Made by a program: the position numbers and the translations under genes
NCBI GenBank assembly: GCA_030390025.1
Contig: CM059432.1
Coordinates: forward strand, 94,924,001 to 94,988,000
Direction: 5' to 3'
Source of the DNA: Squalus acanthias
Taxonomy: Eukaryota
DNA length: 64,000 nt
Shown here: piece by piece, positions 52,055 to 64,000 of the stretch
Layout: every line of letters starts with the position of its first letter
Position numbering within the stretch: position 1 is the first letter of the stretch
Notes under the pieces: model-generated
What the model was told of the DNA's origin: nothing
What the model saw: only the letters and a program-made list of their open reading frames with translations
Database searches by the model: none

Positions 52055-52680
52055 TTCAACAACAACTTGCATTTATATTGCACCTTTTAAAGTAGAAAAA
52101 CGCTCCAAGGTGCTTCACAGAAGTGTAATCAGACAAGCATCAACACTGAGCCAAAAAAGGAGAGGGGTTGACTAAAAGCTTGGTCAAATACTTGGGTTTT
52201 AAGGAAGGCCTTAAAGGAAGAGAGGGAGGTGGTGAGTTGGAGTGGTTTATGGAGGGAATTCCAGAGTTTAGAGCCGAGACAGCTGAAGACACTTTGGGCT
52301 ACACAGGAGGCCAGAGTTGGAGAAACAAACATTTCTCAGAGGGTTGCATGGCCAGAGGAGGTTACAGAGATAGGGAGGGATGAGGCCATGAAGGGATTTA
52401 AACACAGGCTGAGAATCTTAAATTTGAGGCAATGGGGACCGGGAGCCAATGTATGCCAGCAAGCACAGGGGTGATGGCCAATGTTCCCCCTCATTTTTTT
52501 TTCGTGCGCGGTCCCTTTAAATTTGCTGCAGCAGCTGCGCATGCACGGTATCTCTTCCAGCGGCAATAGCTTGTGAGCAGCCTGCACGGGACTCCCGATT
52601 GATGCACAGCCGCGCGCCCGCACACCTTAGGGGGAACGTTGGTGATGGGTGAGTGGGACTTAGTACAGGGTAGGGATGAG
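52055..52680 (-). mobile_element. L2 3' end (host of the MITE at 52479)
   Basis: aacaacttgcatttatattgcacctt tail; KLWNSL motif on the minus strand. Confidence 0.75.
52479..52641 (+). mobile_element. hAT-type MITE, 163 bp
   Basis: TIRs CAATGTTCCCCCT / AGGGGGAACGTTG; 8-bp TSD GTGATGGC / GTGATGGG. Confidence 0.85.
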
Positions 52681-53579
52681 CTGAATTCCTCTGAAATCTT
52701 AAATTGCCTAATTAGTGAGCAAAGAACTTGTTCCTATTTCATTCGGGCTGCTTTTTTACTCCTGGAGCATTCCCTGCTTTCAAAGCTCTATGCCAAGAGC
52801 ATAATTTTGTCCTCTTGTCAACCTAAAAGAGGATTACATTTCTCAATAAAACCTGACTACACTTAAACTAGTCTTGAAATTCTCTTGTCCTTGTGTGAAG
52901 AAGAGTCTGTTGTGTGACAAAAAATGGTTTCTTTTTTTGCTTTGTCTTTTAGTTGAAATTAGATTTAAAAAATTACACTCAGAATGAAACTTATGTATTC
53001 CTGACTTCCTTTGCCCCATCAATAGTGGCCATGCCTTCAGCTGTCTAGGCCCTAAGCTCTGGAGTTCCCTCCACAAACCTGTCCGCTTTCCCACCTCTCT
53101 TTAGGATGCTCCTTAAAACCTACCTCTTTAACCAAGGTTTTGGTCACCTGTCCTAATGTCTCCATCGTTAGCTTTGCGGTTTAAGGCAACCCTCCAATGA
53201 AACTATAAGCACCAGTTCTGTTGAGGGAGGTCACCAACCGAGTCAATGCAGTCACGCAGATCCTGGATGCATAACTGCAAATGAGGATGAAGTTTTCTGA
53301 TATTGGGAAAACAAAGATAAGTGTACTCACTTTTGCACACATTTCTTGTGGGGCTCATCAAGCATGGGACAAATTTAGGTTGTGAATTGCTGCAAGCAAA
53401 TGTATCATTTGAAGTATTGCACACAACCATTGCCCTCTTTCATTGTACCTAAGCTGCTTGCTTGGTACACTTTTCTTGAAGGTGGAGATGGCTTCCGCAG
53501 ATGCTGAGGTGTCCAGTCTTGGATACTCCTCTGTTGGGGAGTTTGAGTGGGCTCAGCAATCGTGGGTGCAGAGCAAAAC

Positions 53580-54230
53580 CCTGTTCTCCTGAGAGCCATC
53601 ACTACAGTAATTCTTCTCCAAATAATGTAGGCATCGTGAAAAGCTGCAAAATGAATGCATCATGACTGCTTCCTGGATAACCGCTACTAACATGTAGGTT
53701 GCTGTATCTTTGACCAGCTACACCTGAACATAAATTGAATGCAAAACCTTTCTGTTCATGAAGGCCAGGAATTGATGTGAAAGGGCTTGATGTCCACATG
53801 GGTACCAAGTTTTACTCTTTGCAGTCAAGGGAACTCCGCCACATTGAAAGCTCTGTGTTCTGTCCAGCTTTGGTGTCCTTTCCACGCGACAAGTGATGAA
53901 GGTGTTTACTTTTGCAAGCATCGCAGTTGTCACTTGCTTTTGAGACATGTTTGAATTGCAGATTGCCTGATGTGGCACATGTCTCCTGGAGTTGCTTGGA
54001 AGGAATTTTAGGCATGTAAACTTTATACTGTGATTACCTTCACTTCTACACCAAGAGCTGTTTCTGATCCAGATGATTTGTGCAAATCACTGTGCAGCAA
54101 CTGGCAAAATGCTGTAGCAGCCTGTCTTGCGAAGAGGCAAAGGCAGATCTCCGAAATGTCCAGGCACATGTGAAGGGGTTTATAAGCACAGATCCTGCAT
54201 TAGCATGGGTGTGGCTAAAATACCTCAGGA
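53580..54230 (-). pseudogene. PIF/Harbinger (HARBI1-like) DDE transposase remnant
   Basis: Minus-strand pieces in shifting frames: VAEFP*LQRVKLGTHVDIK (cf. GFP..G.IDGTHV.I), FMNRKVLHSIYVQV (cf. NRKGFHSINVQ) and YPGSSHDAFIL. Confidence 0.78.
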
Positions 54231-55032
54231 GTCATTGCATCTGCATTTATTTGTTAACCATGAAGTCTTCTTCCTCATCTCAGTGTGTTTGGAATCCCTA
54301 AAGAAATACTCATCCTGATGGTGCAACGTCAAAGCCAGCAATAATCACGAATAATGAAGCAAAGTTTGGGGGGGTGGGGGGTCCAAAAATGGAGGACGAC
54401 CCAGCAAAACTAACTAATGCACAGTGCAAAATGCAGCAAAATCCACATCGAATTTTTTTTTTAAAGAATTCTCAAAAACCTATTTTCTTTTAAGAAGCTA
54501 TGTCCCAGGACTCCCGAGTGTATTTTTTAAGCAGGTTTTGCCAGAAGTTATAATTTGGCTTAGGAGCCTTTTCATTGGTATTTAAATATTAAAATGCAGG
54601 CTGGGGTCATTATTTGCCTACAAATCATCCACATAACATCCAGCATGCCATGAATCAGTCAGGTGAGGTCAGACACTTGATTTTTTCCAACTAGCACCAC
54701 AGCAGTGAACCTTTTGAAGGCAAAAGTGTATTCTTAATATTTTGATTGAAAAGTTGTGTGAATGTACCACAGAGACAATTACTGCTTGTTTTGAACCAGC
54801 TGTCATTAGGATACATCAATGGCTTACAACACAAACAGTGTACATTTACAATGCTCATAAAACACCACATGTTCCTGTGCTTAGGTCCTTGTGCTTATAG
54901 GCTGTGAATAACATGGTGGGCAATGTGTGGCAGAATACCTCTGTCTCAGAAGAACCTTCAAAGCCAGAACCTGTTTTCAAATATTTTTTTTTGTGTTGCC
55001 GTGAAGCCTGGGAACAGAAGATGGCTCTATGC

Positions 55033-55337
55033 CAGTGTTATCCAATAGAAATTGCTGACTAGTCACATTTTAGTAGAAAACTGCTTACACTCTCAATACA
55101 GGTAAATGTACTTCACATGTATATTTACATACATCTACCCACCATTCTGTAACCAAAGAAGTAAAGCACTCATAACAATCAAAAAGTGCACATTTGCATG
55201 TTTTGTAATTGTGGTTATTGCGATTGCATACCCAACGACTGTCTCTTCATTTTTTATTTAATTAGAAATGCAGTTAGCCACATCTGGATTCTCAATTAGC
55301 CACTTGTGGCTAGTGGCTGACATTTTGGACAACACTG
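55033..55337. mobile_element. hAT-Charlie-type MITE (MER3/MER33-like ends)
   Basis: TIRs CAGTGTTATCCAA / TTGGACAACACTG; subterminal tagccac..gtggctagtggct. Degenerate TSD CTCTATGC / CTCTTGC. Confidence 0.7.
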
Positions 55338-55600
55338 CTCTTGCATATCTGCCAATGTGACTTGATCCTTTCTAGAAAAAGTACTTTTCTCAAGTTCTGC
55401 AGGAACATTCAAAGAAGCTCATCTGACTTATTTCCGCTTAACCTTTCATAACCTATCGCATTTATAGTGCTTCCTGCTCTAACTAACTCAGTTTGTAATT
55501 CAACCGATTTAATAGTTTTAGCATTGTTACAAAAAAGTGCCTGGTGTAGCTGATGTGAGACATGGTGGAATTCCTGCCTCCTAGCCAGCATCAATGAAAG

Positions 55601-56124
55601 CGATGGATGAAAATGAGGGACCACTCCCTCCGCGACACCCTAGTCCACTCCTCTACCACCCCCAGCACCCCTTCTCCTTCGCCCGGCACCTTCCCGTGCA
55701 AGCGCAGGAGATGCAACACATGCCCTTATACCTCCCCCCTTCCCACTGTCCAGGGCCCCAAACACCCCTTCCAGGTGAAACAGCGATTTACTTGTACTTC
55801 TTGCAATTTAGTATACTGTATTCGCTGCTCACGATGTGGTCTCCTCTACATTGGGGAGACCAAACGCAGATTGGGTGACCGCTTTGCGGAACACCTCCAT
55901 TCAGTCCGTAAGGGGGATCACGAGCTCCCGGTCGCCTGTCACTTTAATTCACTGCTTCACTCCCACTCTGACCTCACCGTCCTCGGCCTCTTGCATTGTT
56001 CCACGGAAGCTCAACGTAAGCTCGAGGAACAGCACCTCATCTTTCGATTAGGCACTTTACAGCCCTCTGGACTCAACATAGAGTTCAACAATTTCAGATC
56101 ATAACCTCGGCCCCTATCATTCAT

Positions 56125-56172
<48 letters not shown>

Positions 56173-56582
56173 TCCACACTTTTTGTTTGGCCTTTTTTCT
56201 TCCCTCCCACATGGCAGCTGTCCTTCATTCTGCGAGTGCAATTCACACTTCATCTAGAGCCATCCTTTGTTCCTTAACCTGTCCCATTACCACCACCTCT
56301 TGCCTTGAATATCTCTTAATGTGTCTCAATGTCTGTTAATCTCTCCTGCTTGCTATCCTATCACTGACCTTCCCTTTTGTTCTTTCATCCCCTCCCCCTT
56401 TTCCCAGTCTTGCTTCAAAATCTATTCCATTTCCTGCTTTTTTTCCAGTGCTGACGAAAGGTCTTCGACCTGAAACGTTAACTCTGTTTCTCTCTCCACG
56501 GATGCTGCCTGGCCTGCTGAGTTTTTCCAGCGTTTTCTGTTGTTATTTCGGATTTCCAGCATCCGCAGTATTTTGCTGTTGT
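55601..56582 (+). mobile_element. Penelope 3' fragment (GIY-YIG plus pseudo-LTR), same family as 30354-32924
   Basis: ORF 55607-56104 is nearly identical to the C-terminus of 30998-32512. (AT)n at about 56133-56162. 11-bp TSD ATCAATGAAAG at 55590-55600 and 56583-56593. Confidence 0.92.
56447..56483 (+). ncRNA. Minimal hammerhead motif (variant A)
   Basis: AGTG-CTGACGA-A-AGGTC-ttc-GACCT-GAAA-CG-TT-AACT, with one stem I mismatch. Confidence 0.6.
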
Positions 56583-56869
56583 ATCAATGAAAGTGTTGAT
56601 TGTTTGTCCTGTGCATGCTGCATCCTAGCTACTTTGTGTATTGTGTCAGATTTCTGATTGTGGGAAGAGCAAGCTCATCTGTGGAAGATAACTTTTGTGA
56701 CTAGCACAAGTAGAAAGAATCGGGAATGGTTCTGAAGTGTAAAAACTTCAATTGGAGGCTGCTTCTACTTGTACTCTATGCCAGGCAACACCAAGCTGGC
56801 GTGGTACCACCATATTGCCCACCTGTTCTTTGTGCCTTTGTAGGTGAATTCAAATGCAACACCTATTGC

Positions 56870-59800
56870 ACTGAACAACAGCACGCTTCTTTAATAACAT
56901 AAAGATCTTAAGGCACTTCACAGATAGTTGTAATGAAAATGGCTGCCAAGCCAGAAAGGCAGAGACTAAGAGATGTGATCAAAAACTTTGAGAAGATTTT
57001 CGATGGTGGGCAAAAGGGAGGGTGATATGGAATAGGCTGGAGTCACAAGAACGGAGTGTTTAGAGGGAGGCAGGGCTGGAACAGATTGCACAAATAGGGA
57101 GGGGTGAAGCCGTGTAGGGATTTGAAGATTTGGATGAGGATTTTAAATTTAATGGGCTGGGTTTGGGGACCCAGGTCAGCGAGGACAGGTGATGGGCAAG
57201 TGGGATTTCACATGGATAAGGATACGTGCGACATTGGACAACTAACTATTTCATTCCATTGTCAGACTATTGTTCCATGGAATGAATCATTAAATTCCCA
57301 AAGATATCCTCTATTCTATTCTCATACACTGGTTAACTTACGCATTTTAAAGCAGCTTTGTTAAACAAAGTCAAAATCCTAACTTAGCATTATAAATGGG
57401 TATTAGCAGTAATGGAAGAAACATAGGCGTTGGGCCTCAGTTGGCCAAATCAAAGATAGGATTTCAACTTTGTTTTATGTAACTTATAAACAGCAGATAG
57501 CTGGCCTGGAAACAAGATCAAATATGACCGTCACGGTGCAGAATGTTATAACATCCGCAGGGAACCAAAAACATAAGCAAATTCTAAGCATCTATCCAGC
57601 TATTCTAATACTAGTCTGAAGAGACACTTTTGTCTCAAGTTCTAATGCAGTCATATAAGCAGTCTTATTCGTGTCACAGTTTCATTCGCATAACCCCCTA
57701 TATTTTGGATACCCTAATTTCTAACACAAGTTAATGTTATGGAGGATGGGAGGCCAGCAAAAAGTGTTGTAGTTGAATCTGGAAGTGACAAAGGCGTGTA
57801 AGGGTTTTGTTGCCAAAGGGGCTGAGCTGTTGCAGAGATGGAAATCAGCAAGCATTTTGATTGAAAGGATTATGAGGTCTGAAACTCAGCTCAGAGTTGA
57901 GCAGGACGCTAACATTGCTAATTGTCCAGTTTAGAGGAGGATTGAATCCATATCAAGAGTGGAGTTTGTGAAGGGGGCCAAAGATAATGGCTTCAGTTTT
58001 TCCAATGTTGAGCCAGAGGACAGATGACTTATTTGAGAATAAATGTTGGGCAAGCAGTTGGGCAACACCGTGTCAGTCGGGTGGGGTTGAGAGGTCATCA
58101 GTATAAATGTGAAAGTTGACCATGTGCCTGTGGATGATTCACCAAGGGGTTGCGTGTAACTGAGACTAGAGGAGAGCCATGGATAGTTCCTTGAAGGACT
58201 CTAGAGTTGACTGTGTGAAGAAAAGAACAGAAGCATTTGTTGGAAATTCACTGTCTACATTTGGATAGGTAAGACTGGAACCATGATCAGTGCTTGGGCC
58301 TCAGCTATTTATAATCTATATTAACGACTTAGATGAGGGGACCGACCGAGGTTTGCTGACGATACAAATCTAGGTGGGTAAGTAAGTTGTGAGGAGGACG
58401 CAAAGAGGCTGCAAAGGGATATAGACAGGTTAAGTGAGTGGGCAAGAACATGGCAGATGGAATATAATGTGAAGTTATCCACTTTGGTAGGATTGGTAGG
58501 AAAAATAGAAAAGCAGAATATTTTTTACATGGTGAGATTGGGAAATTCAGAGGGACCTGGGTGTCCTTGACACAAATCACAAAGTTAACATGCAGCAAGC
58601 AATTAGGAAAGCAAATGGTATGTTGGTCTTTATTACAAAAGGATTTGAGTACAAGAGTAAAGAAATCTTGCTACAATTATATAGGGCTTTGGTGAGACCA
58701 CACCTCGAGTACTGTGTACAGTTTTGGTCTCCTTACCTATGGAAAGATATACTTGCCTTCGAGGGAGTGCAACAAAAGTTCACTAGACTGATTCCTGGGA
58801 TGGAGGGATTGTCCTATGAGGAGAAATTGAGTAGACTAGGCCTATATTCCCTAGAGTTGAGAAGAATGTGAGGTGGTCTCATTGAAACATATAAAATTCT
58901 TAAGGGGCTTGACAGGGTAGATGCTGGGGGGAGGTTTCCCCTGGCTGGGGAGTCTAGAACTAGGGGTCACAGTCTCAGAATAAGGAGTTGGCCATTTAGG
59001 ACTGAGATGAGGAGAAATTTCTTCACTCAAAGGATTGTGTATCTTTGGAATTTTCTACCCCAGAGGGCTGTGGATGCTTAGTCGTTGAGTATATTTCAGA
59101 CAAAGATTGATAGATTTTTGGATACTAAAGGAACCAATGGATATGGGGATAGTGCGGGAAGATGGAGTTGAGGTAGAAGATCAGCCATGTTCTTATTGAA
59201 TGGCGGAGCAGGCTCGAAGGGCCGAATGGCCTCCTCTTGCTCCGATTTCTTATGTGAAGGAAGTCCCACAGAGCTGGGCGACAGGAGAGGCGTTTGAGGA
59301 GAATGGCATAGTCAATTGAGTCGGACATTCTGGGGAGATCGAGGAAAGAGAATACAACACTGTCACAGTCACCAATGATGTCAGTCATTACTTTGGTTAG
59401 GGCTGTTTCAGTGCTGTATGACGAGTGAAAGCTGGACTGGAAGGATTTGAGCTAAGAGTTTTGGGAGAAGTGGACACAAAACTAGGAGGCAACAACACAT
59501 TTAAGGACTTTAAATAGAAAAGGGAGCTTGAGATGGGTTGATAGCCGGCAAGGATGGAAGTATCAAGAGTGAGGTTTTTTTGAGGAAGGGGTAATAACTG
59601 TGGTAATAAAAAGATATTGGGACAGTGTGTGAGGAGAGGGAACTGTTTACAACATCAGTTAGGATAGGGACCAGGAAGGCGAGCTGGGTGGTCAGGAGTT
59701 AAATGGGCAGGTGATTGAGTGAGCAAGAAGTGGAACTAATGAAGGGGTTGAGCTCAGAGAGAGCAGATGGGAAAATAAGCAAGTAATTGCAAAAGGGTGG

Positions 59801-60950
59801 TGATTCAGGGCTACAGTGGGTGAGAGTGTGTGGAGGCCAGGGCTTTTGGGTGTGAGAAAAGGGAGAATACAGCGAGACAGCTGCACAGATGTTGATCGTG
59901 GTGAAGATCCATAAGCTTCCTTGGAGGCAGCTTTATGTGGAAGAAACGTGAACCAAATACAAAATTTGTACCTCAAATTAAGAGTTTGGCTGGGTAAGAT
60001 TTTTTTTCCAAATATCCAAAAGTGGCCACATGGTAGGTTGTTGAAAAATTGTAATAATATATTGCATTTATATAGCGCTTCTGAAGTAAAAGTAAGTCAG
60101 AAGTGATTTACACTTGGAAAATGAATGCCAAGCTAAAGGAGGAAAGATTAAAATGAGTGACAAAAAACTTAGTGAAAGATGCAGGTTATAAGGAGGGTCT
60201 TGAAGAGGAGGTGCAGGTGGAGAAGCAAAGGATTTAGAGAGAGAATTTCACAATGCAGGAACTAAATGGCTCAAGGGATGGCTGCCAATGTTGGGGCAAA
60301 GGGAGGAGGCATATACAAGAGGCTGGAATCAGGAATGGAGAGTTTCTGGTGAATGATTGTAGGGCTGGAGGAGGTTACAGAGGTCAGGATAGGCAAGGCC
60401 ATGGAGGGATTTAAACATGAGGATCAGAATTTAAAATTTGAAGTGTTATTGGACCGGCAGCCAGTATATGTCAACGAGGACAGGGTGATGGACAAGCAGG
60501 ATTTGATGCTGGATAGGAAAAAGGCAGCAGAGTTTTGGACAAGCTAACATTTTTGTAGGATGCAGGATGGGTGGTGGTGGTCAAGGGGAGCATTGGAGTA
60601 ATTGGGTTTCAGCAACAAACAGATAAAAGCAGGTGATGTTACGAAGGTAGAAGTAGATGGTCTTTGTGATGGACAGAATATAAATTCAGAGTCAGCTCGG
60701 TTGAACGGGATACTGAGGTTACAAGCACTCTGGAACAGTTGGCAAGGAAGAGGATGGAGTCGGTGGCAAGGGTACAGAGTTTGTGCCATGGGCCAAAGAC
60801 CTTGATTTTCCCAGTGTTTAGCTGAAGGAAATTACTACTGCTCAGAGACGGGATGTTGAACAAGCAGTAACACTGAGAAAAAAGGTATATTTCTAAAAAC
60901 CAGCATCTTGAGAGACTTGGATGACAGATGTAGAGTTGAAAGCTCCTCAT
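56870..60950 (-). mobile_element. Series of degenerate L2 fragments (about 56870-57230, 57740-58280, 59270-59900, 60050-60950)
   Basis: Purine-rich + strand; minus-strand motifs such as FLDL..SDSIDY.ILLKRL and NFLQLNTGKIKVFGP. Confidence 0.68.
58285..59255 (+). mobile_element. CR1-type LINE 3' portion
   Basis: QQAIRKANGML..LYRALVRPHLEYCVQFWSP; 3' tail. Confidence 0.9.
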
Positions 60951-61021
60951 GAAAAATCTGTTTACTTTTCCATGGAGTTGTGTTTTGTCTTTGCTTTTTG
61001 CTTTTTAACCAGGACACTGTT

Positions 61022-61450
61022 TTACATAGAATTACATAGCATGTACAGCACAGAAACAGGCCATTTGGCCCAACTGGTCTATGCCAGCGTTTATTCTCCA
61101 CACGAGCCTCCTCCCACCCCTCTTCATCTAACCCTATCAGCTTATCCTATTCGTTTCTCGTGTTTTTAATCTCGCTTCCCCTTATATGCATCTATGCTAT
61201 TCGCCTCAACAACTACTTGTGGTAGCGAGTTCCACATTCTCTCCACTCTGAGTAAAGTTTCTCCTGAATTCGCTGTTGGATTTCTTGATGTCTATCTTGT
61301 ATTTATGGCCCCTTGTTTTGGACTCCCATCTTCTTTGCATCTACAATATCAAGCCCCTTCATAATTTAAAGACCTCTATTAAGTCACCCCTCAGCCTTCT
61401 CTTTTCTAAAGAAAAGAGTCCCAGCCTGTTTAATCTTTACTGATGAGTAT
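61022..61450 (-). mobile_element. CR1-type LINE 3' end
   Basis: Homologous to 15745-16150. Confidence 0.8.
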
Positions 61451-61849
61451 ATACTCTGTTTTATTTAGAACTGAATTTTGTTGCTGATGCCATATTGCAC
61501 AGGAATTGATTCAATGATGGCTCAGAATCTACTTGCAAATCAGAAAAATTTACTTTCAGTTTTAAGATGTCCCCCATACCACAGAAGCAAAAGTAAATAG
61601 AATGAGACTAGTTATATGAGCAGTTCCTTTATATTTTGATTAAAATGTCGATATCCAATTGCACCAGATTTCAGAGACTTCCAGTAATCCAACACTGGAT
61701 TCATTTGGAAAACCCATATGCTATGGAACATTGTCCCCCTGTAAATGTTAATTTACTACCTCAGACTCGGGGTTAGTGTTTAGACAAGCTTTATAAAGGT
61801 ACTCACTAAATGCTGGTTTCCTTTCACAAATGTATAGATGCCTTTGTTC

Positions 61850-62135
61850 ATAAACAGTGACCCGGTGAATCATTTGGATGTTAAAAAGCCCATGATACTA
61901 TTCAAAGAAGGGTACAGAGATCTCCTGGACCTTAGCTAACATTTCACAATCAGCCAACCCCACCAAGAACAGATTAACTGTTTATTCATCTCATTGCTGG
62001 GATTGTCATGTGTGCAAAATGACTGGTATTTTTGCCTGTATAAGTTACTACACTTCAAATTAATTCATCGTATGTGAAGCACTTTGAGAACATTTGAAAC
62101 AAGTGATGAGATGCTATATAAACACAATTCTTGTC
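61850..62135 (+). mobile_element. DeuSINE-like copy (partial)
   Basis: ggatgttaaaaagcccatgatactattcaaagaag..atgctatataaacacaa. Confidence 0.65.
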
Positions 62136-62539
62136 TTTGTTTCATCACTTTTCATACATATTAGTTGATCTCCTGTGGTGTCAACACAGTAACCAAGACC
62201 AAGTGCTATTTTCAGTTCCAAGAGCGTTAGAGGGCAGGGGGGCTAATTGCATCGGGGGGGAGGAGGATAGGGAAAGGGCAGGGGCCCATGGAAGATTGGG
62301 TGGGTGGGGAAAACAACATCAGGTGGTGGAGAGGAAAAATAGAAGATGTACCGTGGGGAGAAACTATCTTAGTGTGGGAAGGTGCCCCAATTTTCTTTTT
62401 TTTAATAAATTCTGATTTTTTTTCGATGTATAAGGATGCCCCAATATTTGAAACAGCAAATGATCTGATATTTCAAGTTTGAAGAGGTCCTGATTTTTTT
62501 TTTATATATAGAAAAAACAGATGAAATACTGTGCTGGCA

Positions 62540-63790
62540 AGATAATTGGCTCAGTGGCAGAAAGCAAAGGGTAATGGTCGGGTGTTTTTGTGACTGGAAG
62601 GCTGTTTCCAGTGGGGTTCTGCAGGGCTCAGTACTAGGTCCCTTGCTTTTTGTGGTATATGTCAATGATTTAGACTTCAGTGTAAGGGGCATGCAACATT
62701 CCCACTAAGCTGTGTAGCCGCACAGCGGTCTGGAGGTTCTGCGCAGACCACTCACCAGCTTTTCAGTGGAGGAAACAGCGCACGTGCGAAAATTTGAATG
62801 GGCCACGCAGCCAGTTAAAGGGACTGCACATGAAAAAAAAATTAGAGGGAACATTGGGGCATGATTAAGAAGTTTGCAGATGATACAAGAATTGGCTGTG
62901 TGGTTGATAGTGAGGAAGAAAGCTGTAGACTGCGTGAAAATATTAATGGACTGGTCAGGTGGGCAGAAAAGTGGCAAATGAAATTCAATCTAGAAAAGTG
63001 TGAGGTAATGTATTTGGGATGGGTTAACAAGGCAAGGGAATAAACAATAAATGGTAGGATACTGAAGTGTAAAGGAATGGAGGGACCTTAGCGTGCATAT
63101 CCACAGATCCCTGAGGGTAGCAGGACTGGTAGATAAGGTAGTTAAGGCATATGGGATACTTTCCTTTATTAGCCGATGCATAGAATATAAGAGCAGGGAG
63201 GTTATACCTGAACACTGTAAAACACTAGTTAGGCCACAGCTAGAGTACTGTTTACAGTTCTGGTCACCCCATTACAGAAAGGGATGTGATTGCACGAGAG
63301 AGGATACAGAGGAGATTTACGAGGATGTTGCCAGAACTGGAGAATTTTAGCTATGAGGAAAGATTGGACAGGCTGGTGCTTTATTCTTTGGAACAAAGGA
63401 GGCTGGGGAGATTTAATTGAGGTGTATAAAATTGAGGGGCCTAGATAGAGTGGACAGGAAGGACCTATTTCCCTTAGCAGAGAGGTTAATAACCAGGAGG
63501 CATAAATTTAAAGTAATTGGTAAAGGATTAGAGAGAAGTTGAGGAGAAATATTTTCACCCAGAGGGTGGTGGGGGTCTGGATGGCACTGCCTGAAAGGTA
63601 GAGACAGGAACCCTCGTCGCATTTAAAAAGTACTTGGATATGCACTTGAGGTGCCGTAACCTGCAAGGCTACGAATCAAGAGTTGGAAAGTGGGATTAGG
63701 CTGGATACCTCTTTTTCGGCTGGCACTGGCACAGGCACGTTGGGCCGAATGGCCTCTTTCTGTGCTGTGAATTTCTATGATTCTATGATT
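62540..63790 (+). mobile_element. CR1-type LINE RT/3' portion interrupted by a MITE
   Basis: QGSVLGPLLFVVYVNDLD | IKKFADDT, LVRPQLEYC; tail ttctatgattctatga. Confidence 0.9.
62694..62856 (-). mobile_element. hAT-type MITE, same family as 52479-52641
   Basis: Ends CAACATTCCCACTAA / TTAGAGGGAACATTG; duplicated (G)GGGCATG flanks; 163 bp. Confidence 0.82.
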
Positions 63791-64000
63791 TCTTCACTAC
63801 TGAATAAGCACCAATTTATCCAAGTTTGTTCCTGTGTTACGGTGCAAAGCATGATAATCTTAGAAAAGCTTAATATTGAAAACTCCTATCACAACACCAC
63901 CTGGAGTTATTGTAGGTACATATGAACATTTTTATAATGGCATTTTCAATACCACCAAGTTTATATAGGAAGTTTGCAATGCATTTTGAAATGAAATTTT

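Noticed and set aside
56822..56849. Second AG|GT junction (tttgtAG|GTGAAT) as a recursive site
   Set aside because: Weaker pyrimidine tract and donor, and no clear downstream RS-exon donor.

Overview
This is eukaryotic, vertebrate DNA, very probably from a cartilaginous fish (shark). That call rests on the repeat repertoire: HE1/V-SINE-like, SacSINE1/DeuSINE-like, shark-type CR1 and L2, and Penelope elements. The window lies inside the mind bomb 1 (MIB1) E3 ubiquitin ligase gene on the + strand. Three consecutive ankyrin-repeat exons (42743-42875, 45235-45321, 45945-46106) splice in frame, and are preceded by >42.7 kb and followed by >17.8 kb of intron. Most ORFs in the track that can be assigned a product are transposon fragments: CR1, L2, a second LINE family, a Penelope RT/GIY-YIG element and a Harbinger transposase remnant. 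There are also hAT and Harbinger-group MITEs. The most notable non-coding signals are: four Penelope-type minimal hammerhead ribozyme cores in two covarying variants, two of them inside TSD-flanked fold-back insertions; a candidate recursive splice site / poison exon at 51840-51969; a multi-hairpin MITE family with 3-bp ANT-type TSDs and embedded splice donors; a decayed C2H2 zinc-finger fragment next to a CpG-rich segment; and a 36-bp microinversion in a LINE. The miR-1-2/miR-133a-1 cluster, which lies antisense in the equivalent mammalian MIB1 intron, was not seen. I found no clearly novel protein-coding system. Repeat boundaries are approximate unless a TSD is quoted, and family names come from recognition, not database searches.
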